DNA from: Octopus vulgaris
Lineage: Eukaryota
NCBI GenBank assembly: GCA_951406725.2
Contig: OX597817.1
Coordinates: 151,466,001-151,530,000 of the forward strand
Direction of reading: 5' to 3'
DNA length: 64,000 nt
This document shows, piece after piece, positions 51,556 through 63,910 of this stretch. Within the stretch, counting starts at the first letter, position 1. The number at the start of each line of letters is the position of its first letter. Under the pieces are notes generated by a model that worked only from the letters and a program-made list of their open reading frames with translations, was not told where the DNA came from and did not search any database. The position numbers were made by a program, and so were the translations under genes.

Positions 51556-54500
51556 TAATTCTTTTTTATTGGCCACAAGGGCTGACACGCATGATTACAT
51601 AAAGGGACAAAACAGGACGAAAGGTTACAAAGGGTTTTGTCCGTTTGTGAAAAATCCGAGTAAAAACTTTATAACAATTAAAAAATTAATAATGAAAAAC
51701 TCCCAAAAGGGGAAGGCGTTATGAAAGGTTCCTGGTGGAAAAAACCCTATAAAAGCCAACGGGAGCCTGGTCAAAAAAGGGGTGTAGAGAGTCCCTTTTT
51801 TCTCCTTTTATATTACCTTTTGAAATCACAGGCGAAACCTGAGAACTGGTCCATTTATACTGGCCAGTCTCGCACAATTCACCCACCTTTCATAAAACTT
51901 GCTATCGGACAGCACTTTCCTCTCTAACCTCATCTTCCTTTTCAAGTGAAACTTGAAAAAGTTGATGAGGCCTTGACCAATGAGGCCTTGACCAAAGTGT
52001 CTGACTTTAGCCCTTTCAAACGAGTCCATCATACAACTTCTTTCGCCACAGCCACTAGGCACAAGAAAACGGCCTCGCCCTCCTTGTTAAAGGAGGTCGG
52101 CGGGGCAATCTTCACTATGGATTCGGCCGATAGTCGGATCCGTCCTACACGTGACAGTAGCTGTTCGACATAAACCCATATTTCAGCAATACTCGGGCAC
52201 TGGACGAGTGCGTGCAGAACGGTTTCGTCGTCCTGGCAACACCTCGGGCAGGCCCGGCTGACGGCACTTCCGTGCCGGTAGAGTTTATCTCAAACAGGCA
52301 GAGCCCCTCGGTAGCACTGCCAGGCGAGCGACCTCTGGAAATTATCCATCGGCCCCGGCCCGAAAGTCCTTCCGAACAGACCGCTCAGTTCGTCATCTTC
52401 AACGCCTAGAGTTTCCCCGAGAACGTCGTCGCATTTCTCCTCCACTAACCCTCTATAGAACGCTAGAGTGGAGCTGTAACCGATCGCATTGCCCGCCTGG
52501 CGGAGGGCGGAGAGAGCTTGACGGCACTCGAGGTGCCAAGCGCCCTTTCTCGGTCTACGTTTGATCCAGGTCTGCAGCTCTGTCAAAGAGACGAGCTGCG
52601 GAAAATCGCGTCTGACAAAAGACGACCACACCTGTTCACCGTCTAGGAAGCGCTTGAGATGTCGCAGCCTGAGCGCATGTCTGCGCATCAGCAACCACGG
52701 CATTCCAAGGCCTCCGTTCAGCGGTCGTTGACAGCAGATGGATCGCCTGACCAGTGGCACCTGACCCTTCCACAAAAAGTCGAAGAGCAGGCGTACCAGC
52801 TTGGCCAACCAGCGGTCGGGACAAGGGACGACGGTCAAGCGGTAATAGATGACGGATGCGATGTACGCATTCGCCACCTCCGCTCGACCTTTCAGGGACA
52901 GCTTCCTCTCGGCCCATTTCTGGCTGAGACGTGCCACCCTGCTCGTCACCTCTTCCCAGTTTTTATCCACCTGGAGGTCCGGACCGAACCAGACCCCGAG
53001 CAGTTTAACGGGTCCGTCTGTCCAGCGCCCTACGACGCTGTTGGACGGCATGGGCTTGCCTCTCCAGGTGCCCAGTTGCAAGCCCACAGACTTTTCCGCG
53101 TTAATCTTTGCCCCTGTCACCGCTTCGTACTGGTTTAGTGTCTCGCCAATCAGGCCAATGTGCCTGTGACTCGACACCATCACGGTGACGTCGTCGGCAT
53201 AGGCAGACACGCTGTTTCCGTCTCCTAGATCGCGCGGGATACCCCTCAAAGCCTCCAACTTGCGCAGTAATGGCTCGAGAGTCAATATGTACAAGCGGGA
53301 GGAGAGAGGGCATCCTTGGCGGACCGAACGCGAGATGTAGAACGGTTCCGAAAGGTGACCGTTCACCCGTATCACCGAGCAGATGTTGCTGTATAAAGCA
53401 GCTATCCACCCGCGGAACACTGGACCGAAGCCGGCTGCCTTGAGGACAGCTGCCAGGTACCGATGGTCGACCCTATCGAAGGCTTTACTCTGATCCAAGT
53501 TGATCAAAGCCCCACCCGCGCCAACGTCGTTACCCACCCTCTCTATGATGTAGCGCATGAGATGGAGGTTGTCGTGTATCGACCTGGTCGGCACGGCGCA
53601 TGTCTGCGTCTTGCCGACCAGCTTGTCCACGACAAGCGCCAATCTCTTGGCTAGCACCTTGGCCAAAATCTTCAACTCTGCATTAAGCAGAGTGATGGGC
53701 CGGAAATTCCCTATAACGTCCCCATCGTTTGGGTCCTTCTTCAGCAAAGCCACCACCCTTCGACAGACAAAAGCAGGAATTTTCCCGTTTTGCTGCCAGT
53801 TGCAGTAGACGTTTGCCAACAGGCCCGCAAACGAGTCTGGCATTGAAACGTAAAGCTCGTAGGGCAGACCATCCAAACCTGGCGATCTACCTCTCGTGCA
53901 ACTCTTCATCGCTTCCTCCACTTCCCAGGCAGATATCGGTCCTTTGCAGCACTCTGCCTCGTTGTCCGAGAGTTGCGGTAGGCCGTCCAGGTACACACCG
54001 AAGTCTGCACCGTTGTCCGTTCCACCGCTCGTCCCAAACAGCTGAGCAAAGTGCCGCTGAAGCACCGTACACATCTGCTTCGGTTCGGTAACCTCGCGCC
54101 CGTTCTGGTCCACCAAAGACCGAATGGTTGCTTTGTTGCCTCGCTTCGCCTCCGCCACGCGGGCCCATCGAGCGGCTCTAGTCCCCTCCCCGCTTAGCGA
54201 ACGTGCCTTAGCTCTGACAACGCAGCCTTCGTGTTTGGCGTCGAAGTGTTGGTCGAGGGCCAACCTTGCCGCCAACACGTCGGTCGCGATGCCAGTGTCA
54301 AGAGCCTCGTCTAGTTTCTTAACTAAATCCCGCTCTCTCTTCATACGTTCAATAGCTAGTGTCTTAATATACCTAATCGACTCTACTCTAATTGCTCTCT
54401 TGAGGGCAAACCACCAGTTGTTGTTGATGATTGCCCCCGTGAGCGCCCGCTTAACTAGTAAACTAATCCGGTCTCTGTAGGCTTTGCACGCCGTTAACGA

Positions 54501-54965
54501 CGCGTTCAGCTTCCAGTAGCTGGGTCCCTGTCTATGTAGCCTATCTAAGTCGACCGTACAGATCCCTAATTTGTGGTCCGTATAGTCGACTATGTGGAAT
54601 TGTGGACACCCTACGCTGTCCTTATCCGCTGGCCTACAAAACACTCTATCTAAGTACGATCTAGACGACCCGATGCGATTGGCCCAAGTCCACATTGGCA
54701 CATTCGGGTTGTCTAGTCGAAACCTGTCGGACAGCTGAAAGCGGCCGAGTAGGTTGGCGAGGCTCTTGCGCCCTCCCCCTCTCATATCAGACGCTCCCCT
54801 GCCCACCCGATCAAAACGTTCGTCTACGACAGCGTTCCAATCCCCAACTAGCACTAGAGTGCGTGACGTTCCCAGGAAAACTTCCAGGCGTTTGAAATAA
54901 TCCGACTGCCCTGCTCCTGTCGGAGCGTAGGCAGCCAGCAGTCTGTAAGCACCGCCGTCACTACC
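51556..54965 (-). mobile_element. Tx1/L1-clade non-LTR retrotransposon, 5'-truncated within the endonuclease
   Basis: Partial APE domain (AYAP, VGDWN, SYLDRVF, TDH), RT, zinc finger CPRCCQDDETVLHALVQC, 3'UTR and a tail next to (TTA)n. Confidence 0.92.
51826..54965 (-). pseudogene. Tx1-like ORF2 (endonuclease-reverse transcriptase), N-truncated, with an in-frame stop at 52290
   Basis: 854 aa open segment with SPGLDGLP, NFRPITLLN, DQSKAFDRVDH, RQGCPLS and YADD. Homology continues past the TGA at 52290 to the stop at 51826. Confidence 0.9.
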
Positions 54966-55639
54966 GTGATATGGTTGCGTGGGTGTGAGTTAGGGTGTGG
55001 ACTTGAAATATTCGGTCTGTAAATGTCGGAAATATCAATGTACGAAATGCCATTGGTATTTTCGGAAATATCAATGTACCAAATGTCATTGTTTATAATC
55101 AACTTTAAAAGGATACGTCACCAGCCAAACGGTAATAACATTGCTGTTATTACTTCCTTGATAAAATATAATGGTAGAGGTCCAACCAGAGAGCCTCTAT
55201 GTTGTTGCTTGACATGTTAAAAACAACAACCAAATTACGTTGCTGTTGTTACTTTATTGATAAACTATAATGCCAATAATGTTGTCGCTGCTTAACATGT
55301 AAAGAAATAGCAACCAAATCGCCCGTATAAAATGTGAATTTTGAAAAAGTGTTTTTATTCTGTTGTCAAAACATTTAGGTCTGAGCTAGGGGTTTTTGAC
55401 ACGGAATCCGAAAATTACATCCATTTATTACCATCATGTCAAGATATTAAGATACTGGAACCATAGACCGTTGTTTTTCTTCAATAAAGAAGCTTATGAT
55501 GAACAAGTCATAACATACAAACATTAGAAATTGTTTTTCCTTTTTTGAAAACCAAAATGCTTTCTTGAAGTTCTACGGAAAATCTGGTAGAAATTTTAAA
55601 ATTTTTACAGACAAATTATATCATTGTTTATACCTAATT

Positions 55640-56560
55640 TTCCATGAATTTGTGTTTGAATGATTTTCTTGCGAACTGAACCTCAGGAATATCACGAGCC
55701 AAGTTCCAACAATAGTCCACTATCATATGCAAGTCCCATCTGCCTTTGTATCTTTGTTCCATTGATTTGATGTCGTGGTTGGAAACTTATGACATCGATG
55801 TTTTCAGGGAATTTATCAACGTGACTGCACCTTTATGATCAAATTTTCTCCCAACTTTTGAAAGTTCTCCAGCATTTTGTCAACTGTTTCGCTATTGTTG
55901 GCTGTTTTCTTGTCGACCAGAAAGTCATTTACAACTATTACAAATGAATTCCATGCTACTGTTTCAATGAAATTCATTGAAATTACAAAGTTCCTATCTG
56001 TCATCAATTTTCTGATTTGAGGCCTATCAAATAATCTGGCATTTATCTTGTCACTGCTCAAACCGGGAAAAGTGCTGCAGATATAGTAAAAGCGTGTTCT
56101 GTCTTTATCCAGAGATTTAACTGTTTCGTGATACCAATTTTGATATATATTTCTTTACTGCCCACAAGGGACTAAACATATAAGGGGATAAACAAGGACA
56201 GACAAAGGATTAAGTCGATTACATCGACCCCAGTGCGTAACTGGTACTTAATTTATCGACCCCGAAAGGATGAAAGGCAAAGTCGACCTCGGCGGAATTT
56301 GAACTCAGAACGTAACGACAGACGACATACCGCTAAGCATTTCGCCCGGCGTGCTAACGTTTCTGCCAGCTCGCCGCCGTACCAAGTTCGATATAGAGTG
56401 GAGGTTGGATGATTTTCTCCAGTTGAATGAAAGATTTTTCAACCACATTAAAAGGCCTTGGAACTAATGTTTTCTGTGGCCATTCTTTGATCAGGCACTA
56501 TTTTTCCTTAGCTCAGTTGTACCACATGCATAATTTAATTTCGTACACACTTTCATAGGT
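55640..56560 (-). mobile_element. Decayed DNA transposase remnant, probably Chapaev3-like, interrupted by a SINE
   Basis: KINARLFDRPQIRKLM..AWNSFVIVVNDFL..MLENFQKLG and downstream MEQRYKGRWDLHMIVDYCW. Superfamily assignment is from recall and tentative. Confidence 0.6.
56150..56378 (-). mobile_element. SINE family B with imperfect TSD
   Basis: Full-length copy flanked by taccaattttgatata and taccaagttcgatata. Confidence 0.9.
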
Positions 56561-57001
56561 AAAACAAAGCATTTTTTTCAGAAAAATGTGTGGTTTGGGT
56601 AGCTTGCATTCTAGATGTGATAAGAGATGGATTCCATTTTTCATTCAGTATATCAAAAAAACCCTTCAAATCAGGTAAAAACATCCTGACAACAAAATAA
56701 CTTTTGGGTTGAGTAATTAAAGAACGCATTAGACAACGTAAGTCTAGACATTGCTGAAAATGGCGTGTCGGTTACTGCGGGAATGGTTTTGACTATAGGC
56801 CTTCTCGATTAGAAAGAAAATAATCAACATCAGTTGACCCCGAAAGAATGAATGCTAAATTGACTTCGGTGGAATTTGAACTTAGAGCACAGAGTGGGTC
56901 GGAGCAATCCGACGCTCTAAAACCTCAGCTTATTTATCGCCTTATTCTAATTAATATCAAGGATTGTTTATTTACAAAATAATTGCGCCTTTAATATGTT
57001 A

Positions 57002-57230
57002 TCTTTTAAAATTGCTCCAGTCATTGGACTGTAGCCATGCTGGGCCATCGCTTTGAATGGTTTTAGTCGAACAAATGGATCCCAGTGCATATTTTAAAGT
57101 CTGGGATTTATTCTACCGGAGGTACTTTTTTGTCGTACCGATAAGTTACGGGGACGTAAGCAAACCAACAACGGTTGTCAGGTGGTGAGGAGGGGAACAA
57201 ACACCAACGTAAAGACACACGCACGCGCAC
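57002..57230 (-). mobile_element. SINE family A, 3' part
   Basis: cagtcattggactgtagccatgctgg...gttacggggacgtaagc homologous to 4300-4480. Confidence 0.7.
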
Positions 57231-57272
57231 ACACAAGCACATGCACACACACACACACAACACACGCACGCA

Positions 57273-57320
<48 letters not shown>

Positions 57321-57547
57321 GAGCGGCGCGCTGGCAGAAACGTTAGCGCGACGGGCGAAATGCTTAGCGGTATTTCGTCTGCCGTTACGTTCTGAGATCA
57401 AATTCCGCCGAGGTCGACTTTGCCTTTCATCCTTTCGGGGTCGATAAATAAAGTACCAGTTTCGCACTGGGGTCGATATAATCGACTTAATCCCTTTGTC
57501 TGTCCTTGTTTGTCCTCTCTATGTTTAGCCCCTTGTGGATAATAAAG

Positions 57548-57550
<3 letters not shown>
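57321..57550 (+). mobile_element. SINE family B, full length
   Basis: Matches 28486-28718. Tail gccccttgtggataataaagaaa followed by (TA)n. Confidence 0.9.
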
Positions 57551-57621
<71 letters not shown>

Positions 57622-57622
<1 letters not shown>

Positions 57623-58110
57623 TTCTACACTGAAATCTATGGGTTATTAACAGTAGTATTTTAAAAAAAATTGATTAATCTGAAATCTATCAATCAGGGG
57701 GTAACGGTTTCAATCCCACAACTGGGAACCTTGAGCAAATGTCTTCTACTTCAACTCTCAGGACGAACTATAGTTTGTGAGTGAATTTGGTTCATGGAAT
57801 TGATTAATCTGAAATCTATCAATCAGGGGGTAACGGTTTCAATCCCACAACTGGGAACCTTGAGCAAATGTCTTCTACTTCAACTCTCAGGACGAACTAT
57901 AGTTTGTGAGTGAATTTGGTTCATGGAATGTTTCCATGAACCAAATTCACTCACAAACTATAGTTCGTCCTGAGAGTTGAAGTAGAAGACATTTGCTCAA
58001 GGTTCCCAGTTGTGGGATTGAAACCGTTACCCCCTGATTGATAGATTTCAGATTAATCAATTTTTAAAAAAATACTACTGTTAATAACTCATAGATTTCA
58101 GTGTAGAATA
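57622..58110. repeat. 129 bp tandem duplication plus fold-back inverted duplication
   Basis: 57671-57799 is repeated at 57800-57928. 57933-58110 is the reverse complement of the left arm; the hairpin loop is ~3 nt. Confidence 0.9.
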
Positions 58111-58300
58111 AGTTATCTCAAGTGATATCAATAGCAACAGAATCAATAACAGTTTCTGTGAACGGCGACTTCGACCACTGCATTTAACATTAACTGTTTA
58201 AGCAATCAATAACCCTGAAAATTTTATTCATGTACTACAAGGCGTTGCCCATCAATTAATTGATAACATTTAACATATCCAAAGCATTGATCAAAGCAAA

Positions 58301-58336
<36 letters not shown>

Positions 58337-58402
58337 TGGAATTATATAAATATATACGTAACAAATCTTACTTGTAGATGCTTACATAGATGCTTATATA
58401 TC

Positions 58403-58705
58403 ATCGTGACCGACCAGGCTATCAGATGTTGCTACATATCGCTGGTCACAATGCGCTTCGTATTGTCTTAGCCTTCAAATGACGTCATCACGCTGGTTAA
58501 GCGAGGAGGCCAACAGAAGAAAGAGTGAGAGAAAGTTGTGGCGAAAAAGTACAGCAGGGATCGCCACCCGACACCTTGCCGGAGCCTGGTGGAGCTTTAG
58601 GTGTTTTCGCTCAATAAACACTCACAACGCCCAGTCTGGGAATCGAAATCGCGATCGTACAGCCGCGTGTCCGCTGACCTAACCACTGGAACATTGCACC
58701 TCCAC
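58403..58705 (-). mobile_element. tRNA-derived SINE
   Basis: Minus head gtggaggtgcaatgttccagtggttagg...gtttcgattccc-like B box, core gagcgaaaacacctaaagctcc shared with 3907-4200. Confidence 0.8.
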
Positions 58706-58849
58706 ATACACACACGCACACACGCAGACACACACACACACATATATATACATGCATACGCACACACACACAAATACATACACTTATATATTTATACATG
58801 ATACATATATAAGTGAATGTATATATATATATAAGTGTATATATATACG

Positions 58850-58908
<59 letters not shown>

Positions 58909-59039
58909 CCCCCTTCGGTCATGAATGACCATGGGATTGCACCTAGAAAGTTACCCTCCTAGACACAAGTCCGGGCAAAGTTGTTTATGGAAGACCAGCA
59001 GTCGCTCATGCATACCAGCCTCCCCTCTCCACGCCACAC

Positions 59040-59236
59040 ATGTGACCACGTGTGTATCGTTGACGATTTTCGTTCTCTGTCTTCCCTTGTTTGAACTTTT
59101 TCTATATTTCTGATGAAGAGCTCCGCTCGAAACGTGAAATCCTCTTCCTTTCTTTCCTTTCATGAGCGTCCAGTAACACAGTACTTGTACCACGTCCTCG
59201 CGTTGTTGATCTTTCTTGCTTCTTCTTGTTTGGATT

Positions 59237-59240
<4 letters not shown>
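59040..59240 (+). repeat. Dispersed repeat with minimal hammerhead-like motif (Penelope pLTR-like)
   Basis: ctgatgaagagctccgctcgaaacgt at 59110. Homologous inverted copy at ~61960-62160. Confidence 0.6.
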
Positions 59241-59314
<74 letters not shown>

Positions 59315-60095
59315 ATTAGAGATAAAACCACTATTAGGCAAATCAATGATAAACCTCGCCAAGTTAAATATTTAAACCACCTGATGAATGACTGTAACTC
59401 GAAAATTTAAAGAAATTACCAGCCATGAAACGATCGTAGTGTTATATTAATTATATTTTTTTAATAATTTTGTTATATATTTAAATAATATAAATTAAAT
59501 AATCTTATATATTGGCTTAAGTTTTTCATTGTATGATTTGCCTAATAGTGGTTTTATCTCTAATTTAATATAATATAATATTTTACTATAAAATTGGATT
59601 CAATCCTAAATCTGATTTTTCCCTGTAAGTTTGGATTTATTCCCTAATATTATATATATATATATATATATATGTGCTGTTTTATCTGAAGAGAGTCATT
59701 TTCTTTTTGTGCCTTATAATTTAACGCACTCACCGGTAAAATTTCCTCTTATTTTTATTTTCTTAAAATTTTCGTTGCGTCTTGCAACCTTTTCAATAGT
59801 CTTGACTCTTTCCGTTATTTACACTGCGTTCCTTTTTGTCTGTTTGTGCGCATGTGTGTGGGTCAGTGTATGTGTGTGTGTGTCTATGCATGCATGTATG
59901 TATGTATGTATGTATGTATGTATGTATGTATGTATGTATGTATGTATGTATGTGTGTGTGTATGTATGTATGTATGTATGTATGTATGTATGTATGTATG
60001 TATGTATGTAGGTAGGTAGGTAGGTAGGTAGGTAGGTATGCATGTATGTATGTAGGTAGGTATGCATGTATGTATGTATATATGTGTGTGTATGC

Positions 60096-60143
<48 letters not shown>

Positions 60144-60210
60144 GTATTATGTATGTATGTATGTATGTATATATGTAACGTTTTGGGGGATGGTGACGTC
60201 AACAATACGT

Positions 60211-60262
<52 letters not shown>

Positions 60263-61189
60263 TACTATATGTGTATTACATGCATGCTATTTAGAGTGGT
60301 CTCGTCTAACGATCTATAAAATGACATTACGTCAACAACAGAACAGTTGTAAATTAATTTAAGTTCAATGTTATTTATGAGACGAAAAACTGAGTACAAC
60401 TGAATAAAAGAATATAACGTCTAGCTTTTAGTTTTTGAATCACACCAAAAAAAAAGAAAAAACTTCAGCTAAACAGGATAGTGTTACTATCTACGCTATT
60501 TAAACGCTCCAATATAGGCCTCACACTAAAAATGTACATCTGGTTATAAACAGATCGATAAAGTTGTGACCTTGATCAAGATAAACCTGTTTCAAGAAAC
60601 TGGCTGGAATTGGTTAGGTTTTTACCTCAAAGAACTACCAACAAATAATATTCATAAACTGGATTTGATTTATTGATGAATCCAAATCAAATGGGGGACT
60701 AGAATCGATATCATGAAATATCTAGGAAATTTCTCTACAAATAATGCTTCGTATTAATGACGGATAGCTTTGTCATGTCATTTATGTTGGAAGCAAGCAA
60801 AAGATGCTTATCTATGGTGATAGATTTCAAAGTTAAAGGATTAAAGCTCAACAAGATTTGAAAATGCTCTCGCAAGGCATTATAGAAGACTATATTGGAA
60901 TAACATTCAGTTTATTATTCATTTGAAAGGAAACAAGGCAAATTTAATGGCTGTTCGATTAAACGGCAGGAATTGTAAAATAAATAAATAAAATGTAGTG
61001 GTGGAGAAGATGGAAATGTAACCGACTGAAGCCCTTTTTATTGCTGGGTAATAAAAAAATATACTAATATGTACATGCACTCACAGACATGTATGTATGT
61101 ATGTATGTATGTATGTATGTATGTATGTATGTATGTATGTATGTATGTATGTATGTATGTATGTATGTATGTATGTATGTATGTATACT

Positions 61190-61400
61190 TTTATCCTTTT
61201 ACTTGTTTGAGTCATTTGACTCTGGCCATGATAGAGCACGGCCTTAAAGGGTTTTAGCCGAAGAAATCAACCTCAGGACTTATTCTTTGTAAGCCTAATA
61301 CTTATTCTATCGGTTATATTTTGGCGAACCGGTAAGTTCCGGGGACATAAACACACCAGTATCGGTTGTCAAGCAATGGTGGGAGGGCAAACACACACAC
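61190..61400 (-). mobile_element. SINE family A, 3' part
   Basis: Homologous to 4293-4480. Confidence 0.75.
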
Positions 61401-61412
61401 ACACACACACAA

Positions 61413-61459
<47 letters not shown>

Positions 61460-61752
61460 TATAAATATATATATATATACATATAAGAGGGATGACCACT
61501 AAGTGGACATCCATATGCTAGAAGAAAATTTAGCAAACGCCAGAACGTATGTTCTTGAGAACATTCCTTTCTTAGTGGTAAGACCATAGGAAGCCTACTT
61601 CTAGCATATGGATGTCCACTTAGTGGTCATCCCTCTTATATGTATGTAATACAATTTTTCTGAATCTTTATATTTTTCTATATGGTAGACCACTGGTTTT
61701 AAATTGATATTAATCAAATTAATGTTCAATTTTTTCCCCTTATTATTTCTAA

Positions 61753-61806
<54 letters not shown>

Positions 61807-61867
61807 CGTCTGTGTTTTTCGTGTCGTCATCAAAATGTTTTGCGTTCTTGTCCCAGTTTGTATTTTT

Positions 61868-61959
<92 letters not shown>

Positions 61960-62160
61960 CAGTTAATCCAAACATGAAAGCACAAAAAAACACAGCAACG
62001 TGAGGACGTGGAACAAATATAGTATTATAGGACGCTCAGGAAAGAAGGAAAGAAGGAGGGTTTAACGTTTCGAGCGGAGCTCTTCGTCGGAAACATAAGA
62101 GAAGGAAAGATCCTGAGAAAGGAAGACAAAGGAAAAAAATCGCCAACGGTACACACGCGG
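61960..62160 (-). repeat. Second copy of the hammerhead-like repeat
   Basis: Minus strand reads gtttccgacgaagagctccgctcgaaacgttaaac. Confidence 0.6.
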
Positions 62161-62376
62161 TACACACACACACACTAGCAGTAATACCCGTCGTTGATCG
62201 GGTAATTACTTTTACTGTTTCTCAGGAACCACATTCAAAGTATTATTATATATATGAATAACTCCTCCTGCATTTTCATAAGAGAAAAATATATGTAATA
62301 ATTGAAGTAGAAAAAAGATCAATTTTATACATGAACTTACGCATGTATGCATGTATATATATGTATGCATGCATGC

Positions 62377-62443
<67 letters not shown>

Positions 62444-62447
<4 letters not shown>

Positions 62448-62750
62448 GTAGTATCAAAGATTCCGTACTAGCTATGTTTAATAAAAAAATAACTTATTTA
62501 CCTAAGTTTTAATATTATCCTCTTCGAAATAGTTACCTTGCACAGCAATCCATCAGTCCCAGCATTCCTATCACGTTTGGAATCCGGCCAGGAAGTTATT
62601 TTCCGTAAGCGAGTCGTGGACCTTCTGTGATTCGCTCTGGATTTCGACAATGGTGCTAAAACGGCGACCTTTGAGCCGCATTTTCTTGGGAAAGAGATGG
62701 AAGTCCGCAGGTGCTAAATCTGACGAATAAGGCGGGTGTGGAAGTGATCC
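62444..62750 (-). mobile_element. mariner transposase C-terminal fragment and end
   Basis: HPPYSSDLAPADFHLFPKKMRLKGRRFSTIVEIQ...QGNYFEED. Confidence 0.85.
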
Positions 62751-62772
62751 CCATATTTTTGCGGGAAACTCA

Positions 62773-62804
<32 letters not shown>

Positions 62805-62813
<9 letters not shown>

Positions 62814-63910
62814 TCAACTTGTGTGTCTGTGTGTGTGTCTATCTGTTTAACTTCCCGGCTCATCTCCTCCTAGCCAACAAATCGTAGAACCACCAAAAAT
62901 GGGTCACTTAAAGTTTAGGCGAATGAAAATTGGACTGCGCTATTTCTGTTCCGAAATTCATCTCGCAAGTGCAAAAATCGATAATGTGTTTGTTTAAGCC
63001 TTATCCCATGCATTGAATAGTGAACTTTACTCAGTCAGCTGTTTGACGTAAATTGCATGAAAAATATAAAAATCAAGATATAAAAACGAATCGCCGTAAA
63101 CATTGTAGAAATTCGGCAAAGAAATGAATTTTCGGGATGTAGCCTGGAGGGTTTTTTCGTATTAATCGTTTGGACTTTGTGAACACATACCAATTGTTTT
63201 CATAAAATTTTTAACGCTTTGAATTAAATGTGACCATTTTGCGTTGAGTCTGCAGTTTGAATCACTTTAACCTAATTTTAGCAAGCCGGATTTTTGATCA
63301 TCACGATACATCGCCAGCGACTCCCTGAAACTCTCCCCTGAAATCCTCGTTGAGAAACACTGATCTAAAAGAATAATTCAACAGTGCAATTATTTGATCA
63401 ACAAAAATTTATGAAACGCTTCTACGTACTTCCCAGACCGGGCATTGTGAGTGTTTATTGAGCGAAAACACCTAAAAGCTCCACGAGGCTCTGGCAGGGG
63501 ATGGTGGTGATCCCTGCTGTACTCTTTCACCACAACTCTCTCTCACTCTTACTTCCTGTTTCTGTTGTACCTGTATTTCAAAGGGACGGCCTTGTCATTC
63601 TCTGTGTCACGCTGAATATCCCCGAGAACTACGTTAAGGGTACACGTGTCTGTGGAGTGCTCAGCCACTTACACGTTAATTTCACGAGCAGGCTGTTCCG
63701 TTGATTCGGATCAACCGGAACTCTCATCGTCGTAACCGACGGAGTAAAGATAGATTGAGGAAATGGAACACATAAGCGAAAAAATAGAGGGCATTAAATG
63801 CTTGATTTTAAAACCAAAAATAATTGAATTTTGATTGAACTTCATCCAAGTTTAGCTTAATTCGCGCGTGCATAGAACGCACGAGCGCACGAGCCGGGCA
63901 ATACTGCTAG
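62805..63910 (+). mobile_element. Non-autonomous Helitron-like element with a nested SINE
   Basis: 3' end ccgggcaatactgCTAG|T. 5' region tataaaactcaacttgtgtgtctgt resembles the 5' ends of other copies. Confidence 0.55.
63430..63745 (+). mobile_element. 5'-truncated tRNA-derived SINE
   Basis: Core gagcgaaaacacctaaaagctcc and tail shared with 9440-9612. Confidence 0.8.

Noticed and set aside
52636-54480. Overlapping alternative-frame and antisense ORFs within the Tx1 ORF2
   Set aside because: Shadow ORFs of a GC-rich RT gene.
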